The notes: a model not told the origin generated them from the letters alone. Counted from the first letter of the stretch, positions 16,794 through 25,315 are shown. The stretch: 36,504 bases of DNA from Minisyncoccota bacterium (GCA_028714275.1 JAQTMP010000002.1:1-36504), one strand, 5' to 3'. A program made the numbers and translations.

Positions 16794-17342
16794 ATGCTCA
16801 TGTTCGCTAATCCCAAAAAACACATCGCCAAAGCTTATATAGGTGAAGGCATGATTGTGGTGGATTTTGGTGCGGCCGCGGGCTACCATGTTTTTGAAGC
16901 AGCGAAAAAAGTAGGCGAGTATGGAAAAATTTATGCACTTGATGTCCAGACTGATCTTTTGCGGCGGATAAAAAATGAAGCCGACAGACAGGGCCTAAAA
17001 AATATTGAGATCATTCATGCCAATGTTGAAAGAGAAAACGGCAGCGGTCTGATGGAGCATTCTGTCGATCGAGTTTTTATAATCAATCGTCTCTTTCAGG
17101 CGGATGACAACGCCTCTCGGGTCAGAATGTTTAATGAGGCACTTCGTATCCTAAAACCCACGGGCAAACTAGTCGTCGTCGACTGGCTCGCATCTTTTGG
17201 TCACCTTGGGCCGCATCCCGATCAGGTGATTAGCCGGGATGAAGCTGCCACGCTGGGACGTCAAAATAGTTTTGTTTTAGAAAAAGAATTTCCAGCAGGG
17301 GATCACCACTACGGTCTACTATTCACACCCATCAAGAAATAG
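16794..17342 (+). CDS. class I SAM-dependent methyltransferase
   Basis: Motif I VVDFGAAAGYH, an acidic post-I residue (YALD), and motif IV-like LKPTGKLVVVDW. The ATG at 16794 is preferred over the TTG at 16782, which abuts element C. Confidence 0.75.
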   Translation: MLMFANPKKHIAKAYIGEGMIVVDFGAAAGYHVFEAAKKVGEYGKIYALDVQTDLLRRIKNEADRQGLKNIEIIHANVERENGSGLMEHSVDRVFIINRLFQADDNASRVRMFNEALRILKPTGKLVVVDWLASFGHLGPHPDQVISRDEAATLGRQNSFVLEKEFPAGDHHYGLLFTPIKK

Positions 17343-17415
17343 CCCTAGGTTATTCGTTTTTAATACGGTACAATTAAAGTACAAAAGCTAGATTGCACAG
17401 ATATATTATCAATTC

Positions 17416-18705
17416 ATGAGCGCATTTAAACTAGTGACGATTGGCGTTTTTCTCCTCTTGATCATAGGAGGGGTTTTGGTTTTTGCCCGCCTCGGTACCT
17501 CGGGCAACAGCGGTCCCGGTTCGCAGGTAGTCATTTGGGGGACTTTGCCTGAGGTTACGATCAACAACATAATCCGAGACGTCAATCAAAAGTCAGCGGT
17601 GATCAATGCCACCTATGCCCAGATTGATCCAGCAAATTTTGATACAATATTGGTCAACGCTTTGGCAGAGGGTAAAGGCCCCGATGTGGTTTTGATTCCT
17701 GAGTCTGAGATTGCCAAAGATCAGAACAAACTTTTCACCATTCCATTTACCAGTTACCCGGAAAGGACTTTCAAAGATACTTTTGTCAGCGAGGGTGAGC
17801 TTTTTTTGACAGCCAATGGAGTGCTCGGTATTCCATTTTCGATCGATCCTTTGGTGATGTATTGGAATCGGGATATTTTTTCGTCCGCGGGACTAGCCAA
17901 TCCGCCAGCTTATTGGAGTGACATCCCCGCTATTGCTCCCAAAATAATTCAGATTGACCAGGCTTCACATATCAAGCAATCGCTCATTTCTTTTGGCGAA
18001 ACCGCCAATGTCACGCACGCTAAAGAAATTTTAGCGGCTCTTTTTCTCCAGTCTGGCAACCCAATTGTCATTCGTGACGCTCAGTCTGGCAGCTTGGTTT
18101 CAGTTTTAGATCAAAAAAATGATACGACCGGCGCGACCGCAGGATCGGTAATAGATTTTTATACCCAGTTTGCAGATCCCACCAACAAGTTTTATTCCTG
18201 GAGTCGGTCTTTGCCGGCATCCAAGGATGATTTTCTAGCCGGCAACTTGGCTCTTTATGTCGGTTATGCCAGTGAAGCATCTGATTTACAAGCTAAAAAT
18301 CCCAATCTCAATTTTGACGTGGCTCCTCTTCCTCAGCCAAGTCCGAGTGCCAACAAGATTACTTATGGAAAACTCAGTGCTTTTGCCATCACTAAAAGTT
18401 CAAAAAACATTGCAGGGTCTTTGTCGACTATTTTTGCTTTGACCAGTCCAGCCTCTATTACAACTTTGACAAATACACTCAATCTGCCTCCGGTCCGACG
18501 TGATCTTTTGGCCCAAAATCCAGGCAATGCTAACCTCACGGTTTTTTATCAATCAGCTTTGCAGAGCCGCGGCTGGTATGATCCGGATCCAGCTAAGAGC
18601 GACGATATTTTTCAGACTATGATACAATCAGTATCGACCAACAGCCGTCATTCGAGTGAGGCAGCGGCGGATGCCAGGGCCGAAATCCAGGACTTGCTAA
18701 AGTAA
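17416..18705 (+). CDS. membrane-anchored extracellular solute-binding protein (ABC type, family 1-like)
   Basis: N-terminal TM anchor. GKGPDVVLIPESEI, PLVMYWNRDIF and LALYVGYASE are typical of sugar-type SBPs. No permease or ATPase genes are adjacent. Confidence 0.65.
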   Translation: MSAFKLVTIGVFLLLIIGGVLVFARLGTSGNSGPGSQVVIWGTLPEVTINNIIRDVNQKSAVINATYAQIDPANFDTILVNALAEGKGPDVVLIPESEIAKDQNKLFTIPFTSYPERTFKDTFVSEGELFLTANGVLGIPFSIDPLVMYWNRDIFSSAGLANPPAYWSDIPAIAPKIIQIDQASHIKQSLISFGETANVTHAKEILAALFLQSGNPIVIRDAQSGSLVSVLDQKNDTTGATAGSVIDFYTQFADPTNKFYSWSRSLPASKDDFLAGNLALYVGYASEASDLQAKNPNLNFDVAPLPQPSPSANKITYGKLSAFAITKSSKNIAGSLSTIFALTSPASITTLTNTLNLPPVRRDLLAQNPGNANLTVFYQSALQSRGWYDPDPAKSDDIFQTMIQSVSTNSRHSSEAAADARAEIQDLLK

Positions 18706-18748
18706 AGTAGCTAAAATAAGTAAAAAGCGAATTGCCGAAGTAAAAAAA

Positions 18749-19126
18749 ATGAAATTTTTAAAAAAAATTAAGAATCAGACCAAAAAATATTTTTATCAGT
18801 TTTCAGGATCGAGTCTGGTAGTGACCAATCTGTCCTTGCCTTGTTTTAGTAAAGATGGGGGCTGTGACTTCAACGACCTCATGCAGCTTGCCAGCAATTT
18901 TATCAGTTTTGTACTGTATCTCGCCACTTTGATAGCGGTCTTTCTTTTTATTTATGCCGGGGCGATGTACATTTTTTCCGCCGGCGACAGTGGCAAGATC
19001 AGCAAGGCCCACGGCATTTTTACCAGTACGGCCATCGGTATGGTCATTGCTTTTGCGGCGTGGCTGATCGTGCAGTTTATCCTGGTCAAGCTGGGAGTCA
19101 AGGTGGATTTTATCCTAGTTAAATAA
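18749..19126 (+). CDS. TrbC/VirB2-type (T4SS-pilin-like) two-TM mini-protein, paralog 1 of 5
   Basis: Two TM helices flank the loop IYAGAMYIFSAGDSGKISKAH. This motif subfamily is shared with paralog 2. Confidence 0.6.
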   Translation: MKFLKKIKNQTKKYFYQFSGSSLVVTNLSLPCFSKDGGCDFNDLMQLASNFISFVLYLATLIAVFLFIYAGAMYIFSAGDSGKISKAHGIFTSTAIGMVIAFAAWLIVQFILVKLGVKVDFILVK

Positions 19127-19149
19127 TTAATAAATATTATAAATAATTT

Positions 19150-19554
19150 ATGACTAAAAAACTTATTCACTTTTTAAGAATAACTCTAGGGGTCCTGATA
19201 CTTACTATCGTTCCTGCCGGTTTTATTTTTGCACAGTCTGCATCAGGGGGTGGAAGTAATAGTGGAAACGGGGGAGGTTCAAATGGTCCCACACTCATCA
19301 ATCCACTCACTGGCTCGGACAGCCTTTCTTCTTTCCTTGATCAAATTCTCACCGTCGTAATAGACATCGGGGCTGTGGTGATTGTTTTCTTTATTATTTA
19401 CGCAGGTTTTCTTTATGTGACGGCGAGGGGAAGTGAAGAACAAATTAAAAAAGCGCACATGACTTTGACCTGGACGGTGGTCGGGGCGGCTGTCATCCTG
19501 GGAGCCAAAGTCATTTCAGCCGCTATTTCAGGCACCGTCGGAGCCTTAAAATAA
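19150..19554 (+). CDS. T4SS-pilin-like mini-protein, paralog 2 of 5
   Basis: Signal peptide, a Gly/Ser/Asn-rich linker, and then IYAGFLYVTARGSEEQIKKAH between two TM helices. Confidence 0.6.
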   Translation: MTKKLIHFLRITLGVLILTIVPAGFIFAQSASGGGSNSGNGGGSNGPTLINPLTGSDSLSSFLDQILTVVIDIGAVVIVFFIIYAGFLYVTARGSEEQIKKAHMTLTWTVVGAAVILGAKVISAAISGTVGALK

Positions 19555-19578
19555 TTATTAAAATTTTCTAAAAAAATT

Positions 19579-19884
19579 ATGCAACCAAGTTCTCAAGTCG
19601 CAGCAAGTGGTTCAATTGGCAGTTTCAACGATGCCGTTCAGCTGGTCTACACTGCTATCAACCAGCTCCTGCCGCTAATTATCAGTTTGACGCTCCTAGT
19701 CTTTATCTGGGGTATCTTTAAGTTTGTGCTTGGAGGGGATAGTGAAGAAAAACGGACTGAAGGCCGGGCCTTTATGATCTATGGCATTATCGGACTGGCG
19801 GTGATGGTTTCGGTCTGGGGTCTTGTCCATATCCTCACCTCTACTCTTTTTGGGAGTGCTTTGATAGTGCCACAGCTCAAATAG
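19579..19884 (+). CDS. T4SS-pilin-like mini-protein, paralog 3 of 5
   Basis: The core NQLLPLIISLTLLVFIWGIFKFVLGGDSEEKRTEGRAFMIYGIIGLAVMVSVWGLVHIL is shared with paralogs 4 and 5. Confidence 0.6.
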   Translation: MQPSSQVAASGSIGSFNDAVQLVYTAINQLLPLIISLTLLVFIWGIFKFVLGGDSEEKRTEGRAFMIYGIIGLAVMVSVWGLVHILTSTLFGSALIVPQLK

Positions 19885-19997
19885 GCTATCCACACTTTGG
19901 CAAAAACAAGCTTTATTTCTATATACAAAATTGCTAAAATAGAGTAGACTTTAGGGATTGAAGATAGTTAAAGAATTTATCAAGTAATTTATTTATA

Positions 19998-20381
19998 ATG
20001 AAAAAAACACTTATTAAGATTTCGACTCTTGCAGCGTTTGCCACTCCTTTCCTTGCATTGGCTCAGACTTCCGGTGCCAGCGGAGTTTTCTCACTTTTGG
20101 CTACAGCTACAGCCCTCATAAACCAGCTTTTGCCTTTCATCATTTCATTGACAGTGCTGGTTTTCCTTTGGGGTATTCTTATGTACGTTACTTCAGGGGC
20201 TGACACAGAAAAGCGGGCTGAAGCCCGAGGCTATATGATCTGGGGTATCATTGCTCTCTTTGTGATGGTCTCAGTCTGGGGTCTCGTCAACATCTTGGCA
20301 AAAAGTATTCCAGGTCTCGACAATACACCTATCAATGCTCCTAGTCTTCCAAACGTTGGTGGCACAGTGCGTACCTACTAA
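19998..20381 (+). CDS. T4SS-pilin-like mini-protein, paralog 4 of 5
   Basis: Signal peptide (...FLALAQT) followed by NQLLPFIISLTVLVFLWGILMYVTSGADTEKRAEARGYMIWGIIALFVMVSVWGLVNIL. Confidence 0.65.
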   Translation: MKKTLIKISTLAAFATPFLALAQTSGASGVFSLLATATALINQLLPFIISLTVLVFLWGILMYVTSGADTEKRAEARGYMIWGIIALFVMVSVWGLVNILAKSIPGLDNTPINAPSLPNVGGTVRTY

Positions 20382-20390
20382 TCATTCTCG

Positions 20391-20672
20391 ATGCAAAAGG
20401 CTATCGATTTTATTCACAAAGTTGATCAGGTCATCGTCAACCCTCTTATCTTGTTGATGTTTGCTGTAGCTCTCTTGGTTTTCTTGTGGGGTGTCTTCGA
20501 ATTTGTCCGTAGCTCAGATAGTGATGATGCACGGGCTACAGGCCAGCGACATATGCTTTGGGGTATTGTCGGTCTGGCGATTATGATTTCCGCATTCGGA
20601 ATTGTAAACGTAATCATCGGGAGTATTCCTGGAGCTGATCGGACGGGGATTGATAACATTACAAATCAATAA
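20391..20672 (+). CDS. T4SS-pilin-like mini-protein, paralog 5 of 5
   Basis: The same core is present in diverged form: LLVFLWGVFEFVRSSDSDDARATGQRHMLWGIVGLAIMISAFGIVNVI. Confidence 0.6.
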   Translation: MQKAIDFIHKVDQVIVNPLILLMFAVALLVFLWGVFEFVRSSDSDDARATGQRHMLWGIVGLAIMISAFGIVNVIIGSIPGADRTGIDNITNQ

Positions 20673-20730
20673 GCAATAAAATAATTAAAAAAATGGACGG
20701 AGAATAAAGTTTAGTGAAAATTAGTAAATA

Positions 20731-20782
20731 AAAAAGCGAGGAGGGGCAGTTGCACGAATGTGCAAGCCCTCCTCGCTTTTGG
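20731..20782. terminator. bidirectional intrinsic terminator
   Basis: An A-run, GCGAGGAGGGGC (20736-20747) paired with GCCCTCCTCGC (20766-20776, one bulged G), an inner TTGCAC/GTGCAA pairing, and then TTTTGG. Confidence 0.75.
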
Positions 20783-20807
20783 TTGATTGTTTTGGTTGTG
20801 CCAGATT

Positions 20808-21212
20808 TTACTCTGGCCTGACGACATAGTTGACGGTTGCACTTCCTGGGCCAGTGGATTTGAACTCCACGGTCTTCAGGTCAGTGCTCAGATCAATATG
20901 CCCCACCACTGGCTGATCAGCTCCGCCGTTTTTTCGCAGCAGCAACTTGGCTGACTCCTCGGTGTCGAAGTCAAACCGATAGCCTGGCGGCACTCGGATT
21001 TCTGGACCATATTTTCCCTCGGGTGCGGTGTAGGTTTGCATTACCGCTGTAGGTGCTGCGACTGACGACAGGCCAGCATTTTTGGTGGCCGCGTGCGGCC
21101 TATGAGCTGCCGACTCCGCGCACCCTTTCAGGAACACGAAGAAGAAAATGATACCAAGGATGATCACGAGGACCGTTCCTACGGTACGGATTGTTTTTTG
21201 CAAGCCGCTCAT
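20808..21212 (-). CDS. hypothetical membrane-anchored (possibly lipo-) protein, 134 aa
   Basis: An N-terminal TM helix ends in FLKGC (weak lipobox) and is followed by a beta-rich soluble domain. Its ATG overlaps the stop of the upstream gene (ATGA, 21209-21212). Confidence 0.6.
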   Translation of the reverse strand: MSGLQKTIRTVGTVLVIILGIIFFFVFLKGCAESAAHRPHAATKNAGLSSVAAPTAVMQTYTAPEGKYGPEIRVPPGYRFDFDTEESAKLLLRKNGGADQPVVGHIDLSTDLKTVEFKSTGPGSATVNYVVRPE

Positions 21213-22186
21213 TTTCCACCTCCTCCACCCTGAGGTTTGTTGCCACCCGTGCCCCTTGTGATGGGGGCATTGATGACCATGTCGCGGAGATTTTTGGGCA
21301 GACCACCGATGATGAGCTCGATGTATTCTCCCTTGGCCTCTTCGCCCATGATCAGAGCTATCCGTGTGGCCTTTTCCACATCTTGAATCCCCCCGTTTTT
21401 CATGATCTCGCCGACCCGTTTCCGGAACATCTCGGCCTCTTTGACCTTTTGCCTAGCCTTTTGGACCTGGGCCGAGTCGGTGACGCTTTGAAACTGTGGG
21501 TCATCCACATCCATGCCATGCCTCGTTTCCACGACACTTTCGTGGGCCTTTCCACCAAAAACTGATGCCAGCTGAGTACTAACATCGTCCGTGTGTTCAC
21601 GAAACCACTCAGAAGTATTTTGGGTGGTCATCCTTGTAAGTACTGCATCGATCGTGGCAAGCGCCGCTGCTTTTTTGGCAGTGATGCTTGTGAGGATCCA
21701 GGCAGACAGGGTTCGGGGATTTATTGGCCCCCTAATGTCCTGTCTGACCGAAAATTGAGTATAGAAATCAAGAACGACAACGGAGTTGTCGATGATGGTT
21801 GTGTATTCTTTTTTCGGGGACTCGATCAGGATGTGCTTGTTGAGGGAGATTTCCCCCGGTTCATCCTCGAGCCGGGTTTTCCATTGAGGATCGTCAGTGG
21901 CGTTAAGTTTGTCTTCCCAAGGGTACTTGACGTGCACCCCAGAAAGATAAAAATTATTGCCACCGTGCCAACGGTCGATCGTCACGAAGACTTTCTGAGT
22001 CGGCACCTCTACGAGGAAGACTTTCCACATTGCCAGGAAGGCGAGGATGGTGACGATGCCACCACCCAGCATTCCTGCAATCGCTGCATTTCCTGCGGGC
22101 AATCCCAAGCCTGTGAGCACTGTGACCACAACGGTCGACAGTACAAACACAATGGCTAGTGTTACCAAGAGAACTAAAATTCTCAT
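21209..22186 (-). CDS. membrane protein with a putative SPFH/band-7-like domain
   Basis: Two N-terminal TM helices are followed by VPTQKVFVTIDRWHGG..LSGVHVKYPW and IDNSVVVLDFYTQFSV, which resemble the first SPFH strands. A helical AQVQKARQKVKEAEMFRK region and a Gly-rich tail follow. This is a by-eye assignment. Confidence 0.45.
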   Translation of the reverse strand: MRILVLLVTLAIVFVLSTVVVTVLTGLGLPAGNAAIAGMLGGGIVTILAFLAMWKVFLVEVPTQKVFVTIDRWHGGNNFYLSGVHVKYPWEDKLNATDDPQWKTRLEDEPGEISLNKHILIESPKKEYTTIIDNSVVVLDFYTQFSVRQDIRGPINPRTLSAWILTSITAKKAAALATIDAVLTRMTTQNTSEWFREHTDDVSTQLASVFGGKAHESVVETRHGMDVDDPQFQSVTDSAQVQKARQKVKEAEMFRKRVGEIMKNGGIQDVEKATRIALIMGEEAKGEYIELIIGGLPKNLRDMVINAPITRGTGGNKPQGGGGGK

Positions 22187-22290
22187 TGTTTTGTTTTTTC
22201 TATTGTTTTGTCAACGAACCGTATCCCGACAGGGAATAGGTTCCCTGACGTGGTTGATTTTTTTACTGGCTATATTATATCATATTTAGG

Positions 22291-22330
22291 TAAAAAGTCA
22301 ACGCCAGGCCGGGAGTACCGGACTGGCGTT
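22291..22330 (-). terminator. intrinsic terminator after the receiver gene
   Basis: AACGCCAG (22300-22307) pairs with CTGGCGTT (22323-22330), with an inner CCGG/CCGG pairing. On the minus strand it is followed by GACTTTTTA. Confidence 0.7.
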
Positions 22331-22350
22331 TGGTGGCTTTGGGTATGGGT

Positions 22351-22773
22351 TTAAGCCACCTTGCTCTCACTGGCAGGCTGTTTCGGCTCCTTGGGGACGA
22401 TCCGCAACATGGCGCGGGTCAGGCTGGCGATCAGCTCGTCAGGCGTGAACGGCTTTGGTAGGCTGACATCAGCCCCGGCTTTACCGGCCTCGCGAGCGAG
22501 GTCCAGATCCATCCTGCCCGACATAAAGATGATGGGCATTTCCGGACGGCAGCGGGTGAAATGCTCCGTCAAGAGCAGGCCGGCATCCTTGTGGAACCCA
22601 AGGTCGTTGTCTGTGACCAAGATGTCGGGGTTGTAATCACCCGCATTTTTGATCACGTCAGTTGCATTTTCCATGACGAGGACCTCGTGGCCTTGGGCGG
22701 CCAACACTTTTTGCACCAGTAGCGAGGTATAGGGACAATCCTCAACCAGCAGGATTTTGATTTTTTGAGTCAT
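22351..22773 (-). CDS. stand-alone response-regulator receiver (CheY-like) protein
   Basis: KILLVEDCPY acidic pocket, phospho-acceptor context DILVTDNDL, IIFMSG, and LPKPFTPDEL. It has no output domain, and no kinase is present in the window. Confidence 0.85.
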   Translation of the reverse strand: MTQKIKILLVEDCPYTSLLVQKVLAAQGHEVLVMENATDVIKNAGDYNPDILVTDNDLGFHKDAGLLLTEHFTRCRPEMPIIFMSGRMDLDLAREAGKAGADVSLPKPFTPDELIASLTRAMLRIVPKEPKQPASESKVA

Positions 22774-22878
22774 AATTTTCCTTTCGGATTTCTATTCTTT
22801 TTCGATATTATCACAGAATTAGGAAAAGTCAACGGTTGGGGTAGAATTTGCCTGGGTCGTAAGGTAAGGTTTTTCTCA

Positions 22879-22921
22879 ATATGTAATATAAGGCATAAAA
22901 AATATGCTTTATATTACATAT
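22879..22921. promoter_or_regulatory. 18-bp inverted repeat in a divergent promoter region
   Basis: ATATGTAATATAAGGCAT (22879-22896) and ATGCTTTATATTACATAT (22904-22921) match at 17 of 18 positions, with the loop AAAAAAT. Confidence 0.3.
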
Positions 22922-22969
22922 CGAGCATATAGACAACGTATTTTTTATTTTTTATGCTAAGCTACGCCT

Positions 22970-24052
22970 ATGAATTTCTGGCAAAATTTAAAAAATAACC
23001 GAGGAAATAAGCTAGAAAAAAATCCGACAGGACAAGGCCGACCCCTGATGGTCCTCGCTCCTATGGCTGATGTCACGGACGCGGCTTTTCGACGGATCAT
23101 TGCGAAATACGGCAAACCAGATGTGTTGTGGACAGAGTTTGTGGCGGCTGATGGGCTGGTGAAGGCGGATGCCAAGGGTAAGGCTAGACTGATGCGAGAT
23201 CTTGTATTTGATGAGTCCGAGCGACCGATCGTGGCGCAATTTTTTACTTCCAATCCAGAACACATGCAGCAAGTCGCCGAGCTGGCGGTGGAGCTTGGCT
23301 TTGATGGGATTGATATAAATATGGGCTGTCCGGATAAAAGTATTGAGAAGCAGAGCGCGGGCGCCGCACTGATGAAGGATCCGGCGCGCGCCCGCGCTCT
23401 GATCCGCGCCGCCAAGGAGGGTGTAAAAGAAGCGATTGAAAGAGGTGGAAAAAACATTCCCGTATCCGTCAAAACGCGAGTTGGTTTCAACAAAGTCGAG
23501 CTCGAAACTTGGCTACCTGAACTGCTCGCAGAACAGCCAGCAGTCATTACTCTCCACGCCCGCACTCGTAAGGAAATGTCAAAAGTGCCTGCCCGCTGGG
23601 AGCACGTCAAACGCGCGGTAGAAATTCGTGATGAAGTCCAATCCACCTTGCCCGAAAAAGAGCGCACGCTTATATTTGGTAACGGTGACGTGACAGATTT
23701 GGCTGACGCCGAAAAAAAAGCTCACGAAACTGGCTGCGACGGCGTCATGTTTGGCCGAGCGATTTTTGGCAATCCGTGGCTTTTTGCGCCACTTGGGCTG
23801 TCACGTTCGCCATTTGGAAAAAAATCTCGCGAGGAAATCTCTCTCAAGGATCGCTTGGCCGTCATGGTCGAGCACTCCCGACTTTTTGAAAAATTGCTTG
23901 GTGATGTCAAAAATTTTGCGGTGATGAAAAAACATTATAAAGCCTATGTCACTGGTTTTGACGGAGCCAAGGAACTTCGCGAAAAACTCATGGCCTGCAA
24001 TGATGTTGAAGAGGTTGCCGCGGCCGTCAATGCGTTTTGTCGCGCTTTATAA
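22970..24052 (+). CDS. dus: tRNA-dihydrouridine synthase
   Basis: LAPMADVTDAAFRRI, the FMN/active-site region DINMGCP, and HARTR. Confidence 0.9.
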   Translation: MNFWQNLKNNRGNKLEKNPTGQGRPLMVLAPMADVTDAAFRRIIAKYGKPDVLWTEFVAADGLVKADAKGKARLMRDLVFDESERPIVAQFFTSNPEHMQQVAELAVELGFDGIDINMGCPDKSIEKQSAGAALMKDPARARALIRAAKEGVKEAIERGGKNIPVSVKTRVGFNKVELETWLPELLAEQPAVITLHARTRKEMSKVPARWEHVKRAVEIRDEVQSTLPEKERTLIFGNGDVTDLADAEKKAHETGCDGVMFGRAIFGNPWLFAPLGLSRSPFGKKSREEISLKDRLAVMVEHSRLFEKLLGDVKNFAVMKKHYKAYVTGFDGAKELREKLMACNDVEEVAAAVNAFCRAL

Positions 24053-24064
24053 TATACTAGGGTC

Positions 24065-25219
24065 ATGTCACCAAAAACTTCGGAAAAAAATCCAGTCTCT
24101 GAACACCTTTCCTTGTATCGCAAATATCGCCCAAAGGCCTTTGATGAGGTGATTGGTCAGGAGCCGGTTGTCCAGGCTCTCAAGGGGACGCTCGATCGCG
24201 GGACCATAGCCCACGCCTACCTTTTTTATGGTTCACGCGGCACGGGCAAGACTTCGGTGGCTCGTATTTTTGCTGAGGCTCTTGGTACGACTGCCAATGA
24301 TTTATATGAGATTGATGCTGCCTCCAACAACAGCGTCGATCAGATCCGCGAGCTCAATGAGTCGGTCAACACTGTGCCAATGCAGTCTCGTTACAAAGTC
24401 TACATTCTCGACGAGGTGCATATGCTTTCCAAGGCAGCTTTCAATGCCTTTTTAAAAACTCTGGAGGAGCCGCCTCGATATGCTATTTTTATTTTGGCCA
24501 CCACTGAGCTAGAAAAAGTGCCTGAGACCGTCATCTCACGCTGCCAGGTGTTTACTTTTAAAAAACCCAACCAGCAGGTATTGCGAAAAGTGGTTGAGCA
24601 GACAGCCAAAAAAGAAGGCCGGGCGATTTCGCCTGATGCCGCCGAGCTCATCGCCCTCCTCGGTGACGGCTCTTTCCGCGATGCGCATGGAGTGTTGCAG
24701 AAAGTGCTAGGGGCGACCGGAGACGCAGGCGGAAACACAAGTGGAAAAAATGGCGCATCAAAAATCACGCGTGAAGATGTCGAGCAGGTGACCAACGCAC
24801 CGCGCGGTCAGCTGGTAAATAGTCTCGTCAGCGCTTTGGCTGAGCATGACATAGACAGCGCTCTAAAGTCAGTCCATACCGCCAGCCAGTCCAATCTAGA
24901 CATTTCTCTTTTTCTCGCTCTTCTCATTCAAAAAATCCGCGCTGTGCTCCTGATAAAATACAGCCCCTCAGCCGAGACTTTTTTGCGTGAGGATTTTTCC
25001 GAGGAGGACTTTGCTTTTTTGAAGAAAGTGGCGGGGGAGAAAGGGGATGACAAGATCGGCAAAAGTAAAACTATCACCTCACAAACCCTAGCGGAGCTCC
25101 TCTCCGCATCCTCCGCGGTCTCTCGCTCCGCCATTCCCCAAGCCCCGCTCGAGCTTGCATTGATTGGGCTTATCGGGCAGAATGGCGGAGCGGAAGGTGA
25201 GGATAGAAATAGAAAGTGA
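24065..25219 (+). CDS. dnaX: DNA polymerase III subunit gamma/tau (short form)
   Basis: YRKYRPKAFDEVIGQE, Walker A GSRGTGKTS, Walker B ILDEVHML, and sensor TFKKP/SRC. Confidence 0.9.
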   Translation: MSPKTSEKNPVSEHLSLYRKYRPKAFDEVIGQEPVVQALKGTLDRGTIAHAYLFYGSRGTGKTSVARIFAEALGTTANDLYEIDAASNNSVDQIRELNESVNTVPMQSRYKVYILDEVHMLSKAAFNAFLKTLEEPPRYAIFILATTELEKVPETVISRCQVFTFKKPNQQVLRKVVEQTAKKEGRAISPDAAELIALLGDGSFRDAHGVLQKVLGATGDAGGNTSGKNGASKITREDVEQVTNAPRGQLVNSLVSALAEHDIDSALKSVHTASQSNLDISLFLALLIQKIRAVLLIKYSPSAETFLREDFSEEDFAFLKKVAGEKGDDKIGKSKTITSQTLAELLSASSAVSRSAIPQAPLELALIGLIGQNGGAEGEDRNRK

Positions 25220-25244
25220 TAAAATAAATTAGAAGCACAAATAT

Positions 25245-25315
25245 TGGGAGATCGTCTAATGGTAGGACAGCAGCCTTTGAAGCTGTGAATTTTGGTTCGA
25301 TTCCAAGTCTCCCAG
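25245..25315 (+). tRNA. tRNA-Gln (anticodon TTG), CCA not encoded
   Basis: Acceptor TGGGAGA pairs with TCTCCCA. Anticodon arm is GCAGC-CTTTGAA-GCTGT, and T arm is TTTGG-TTCGATT-CCAAG. Confidence 0.85.

Noticed and set aside
18749-20672. Calling the pilin-like array a complete type IV secretion or conjugation locus
   Set aside because: No ATPase (VirB4, VirB11, VirD4), channel or relaxase genes are present in the window. Only the pilin-like subunits are supported.
21191-22289. Plus-strand ORFs (124, 188 and 80 aa) opposite the SPFH-like gene
   Set aside because: They are antisense ORFs in GC-rich DNA, with no starts, SD or motifs. The minus-strand gene has TM helices and translational coupling to its neighbour.
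22957-23667. 236-aa ORF antisense to the dus gene
   Set aside because: It is Ser/Ala/Arg-rich low-complexity sequence lying entirely opposite a well-supported Dus coding frame. This is a typical shadow ORF.
24557-24566. A6 run (TTT AAA AAA CCC) in dnaX as a programmed -1 frameshift site producing gamma
   Set aside because: The run is not in the X XXY YYZ register (it is preceded by T), I saw no downstream stimulatory hairpin, and the encoded protein is already short (384 aa).
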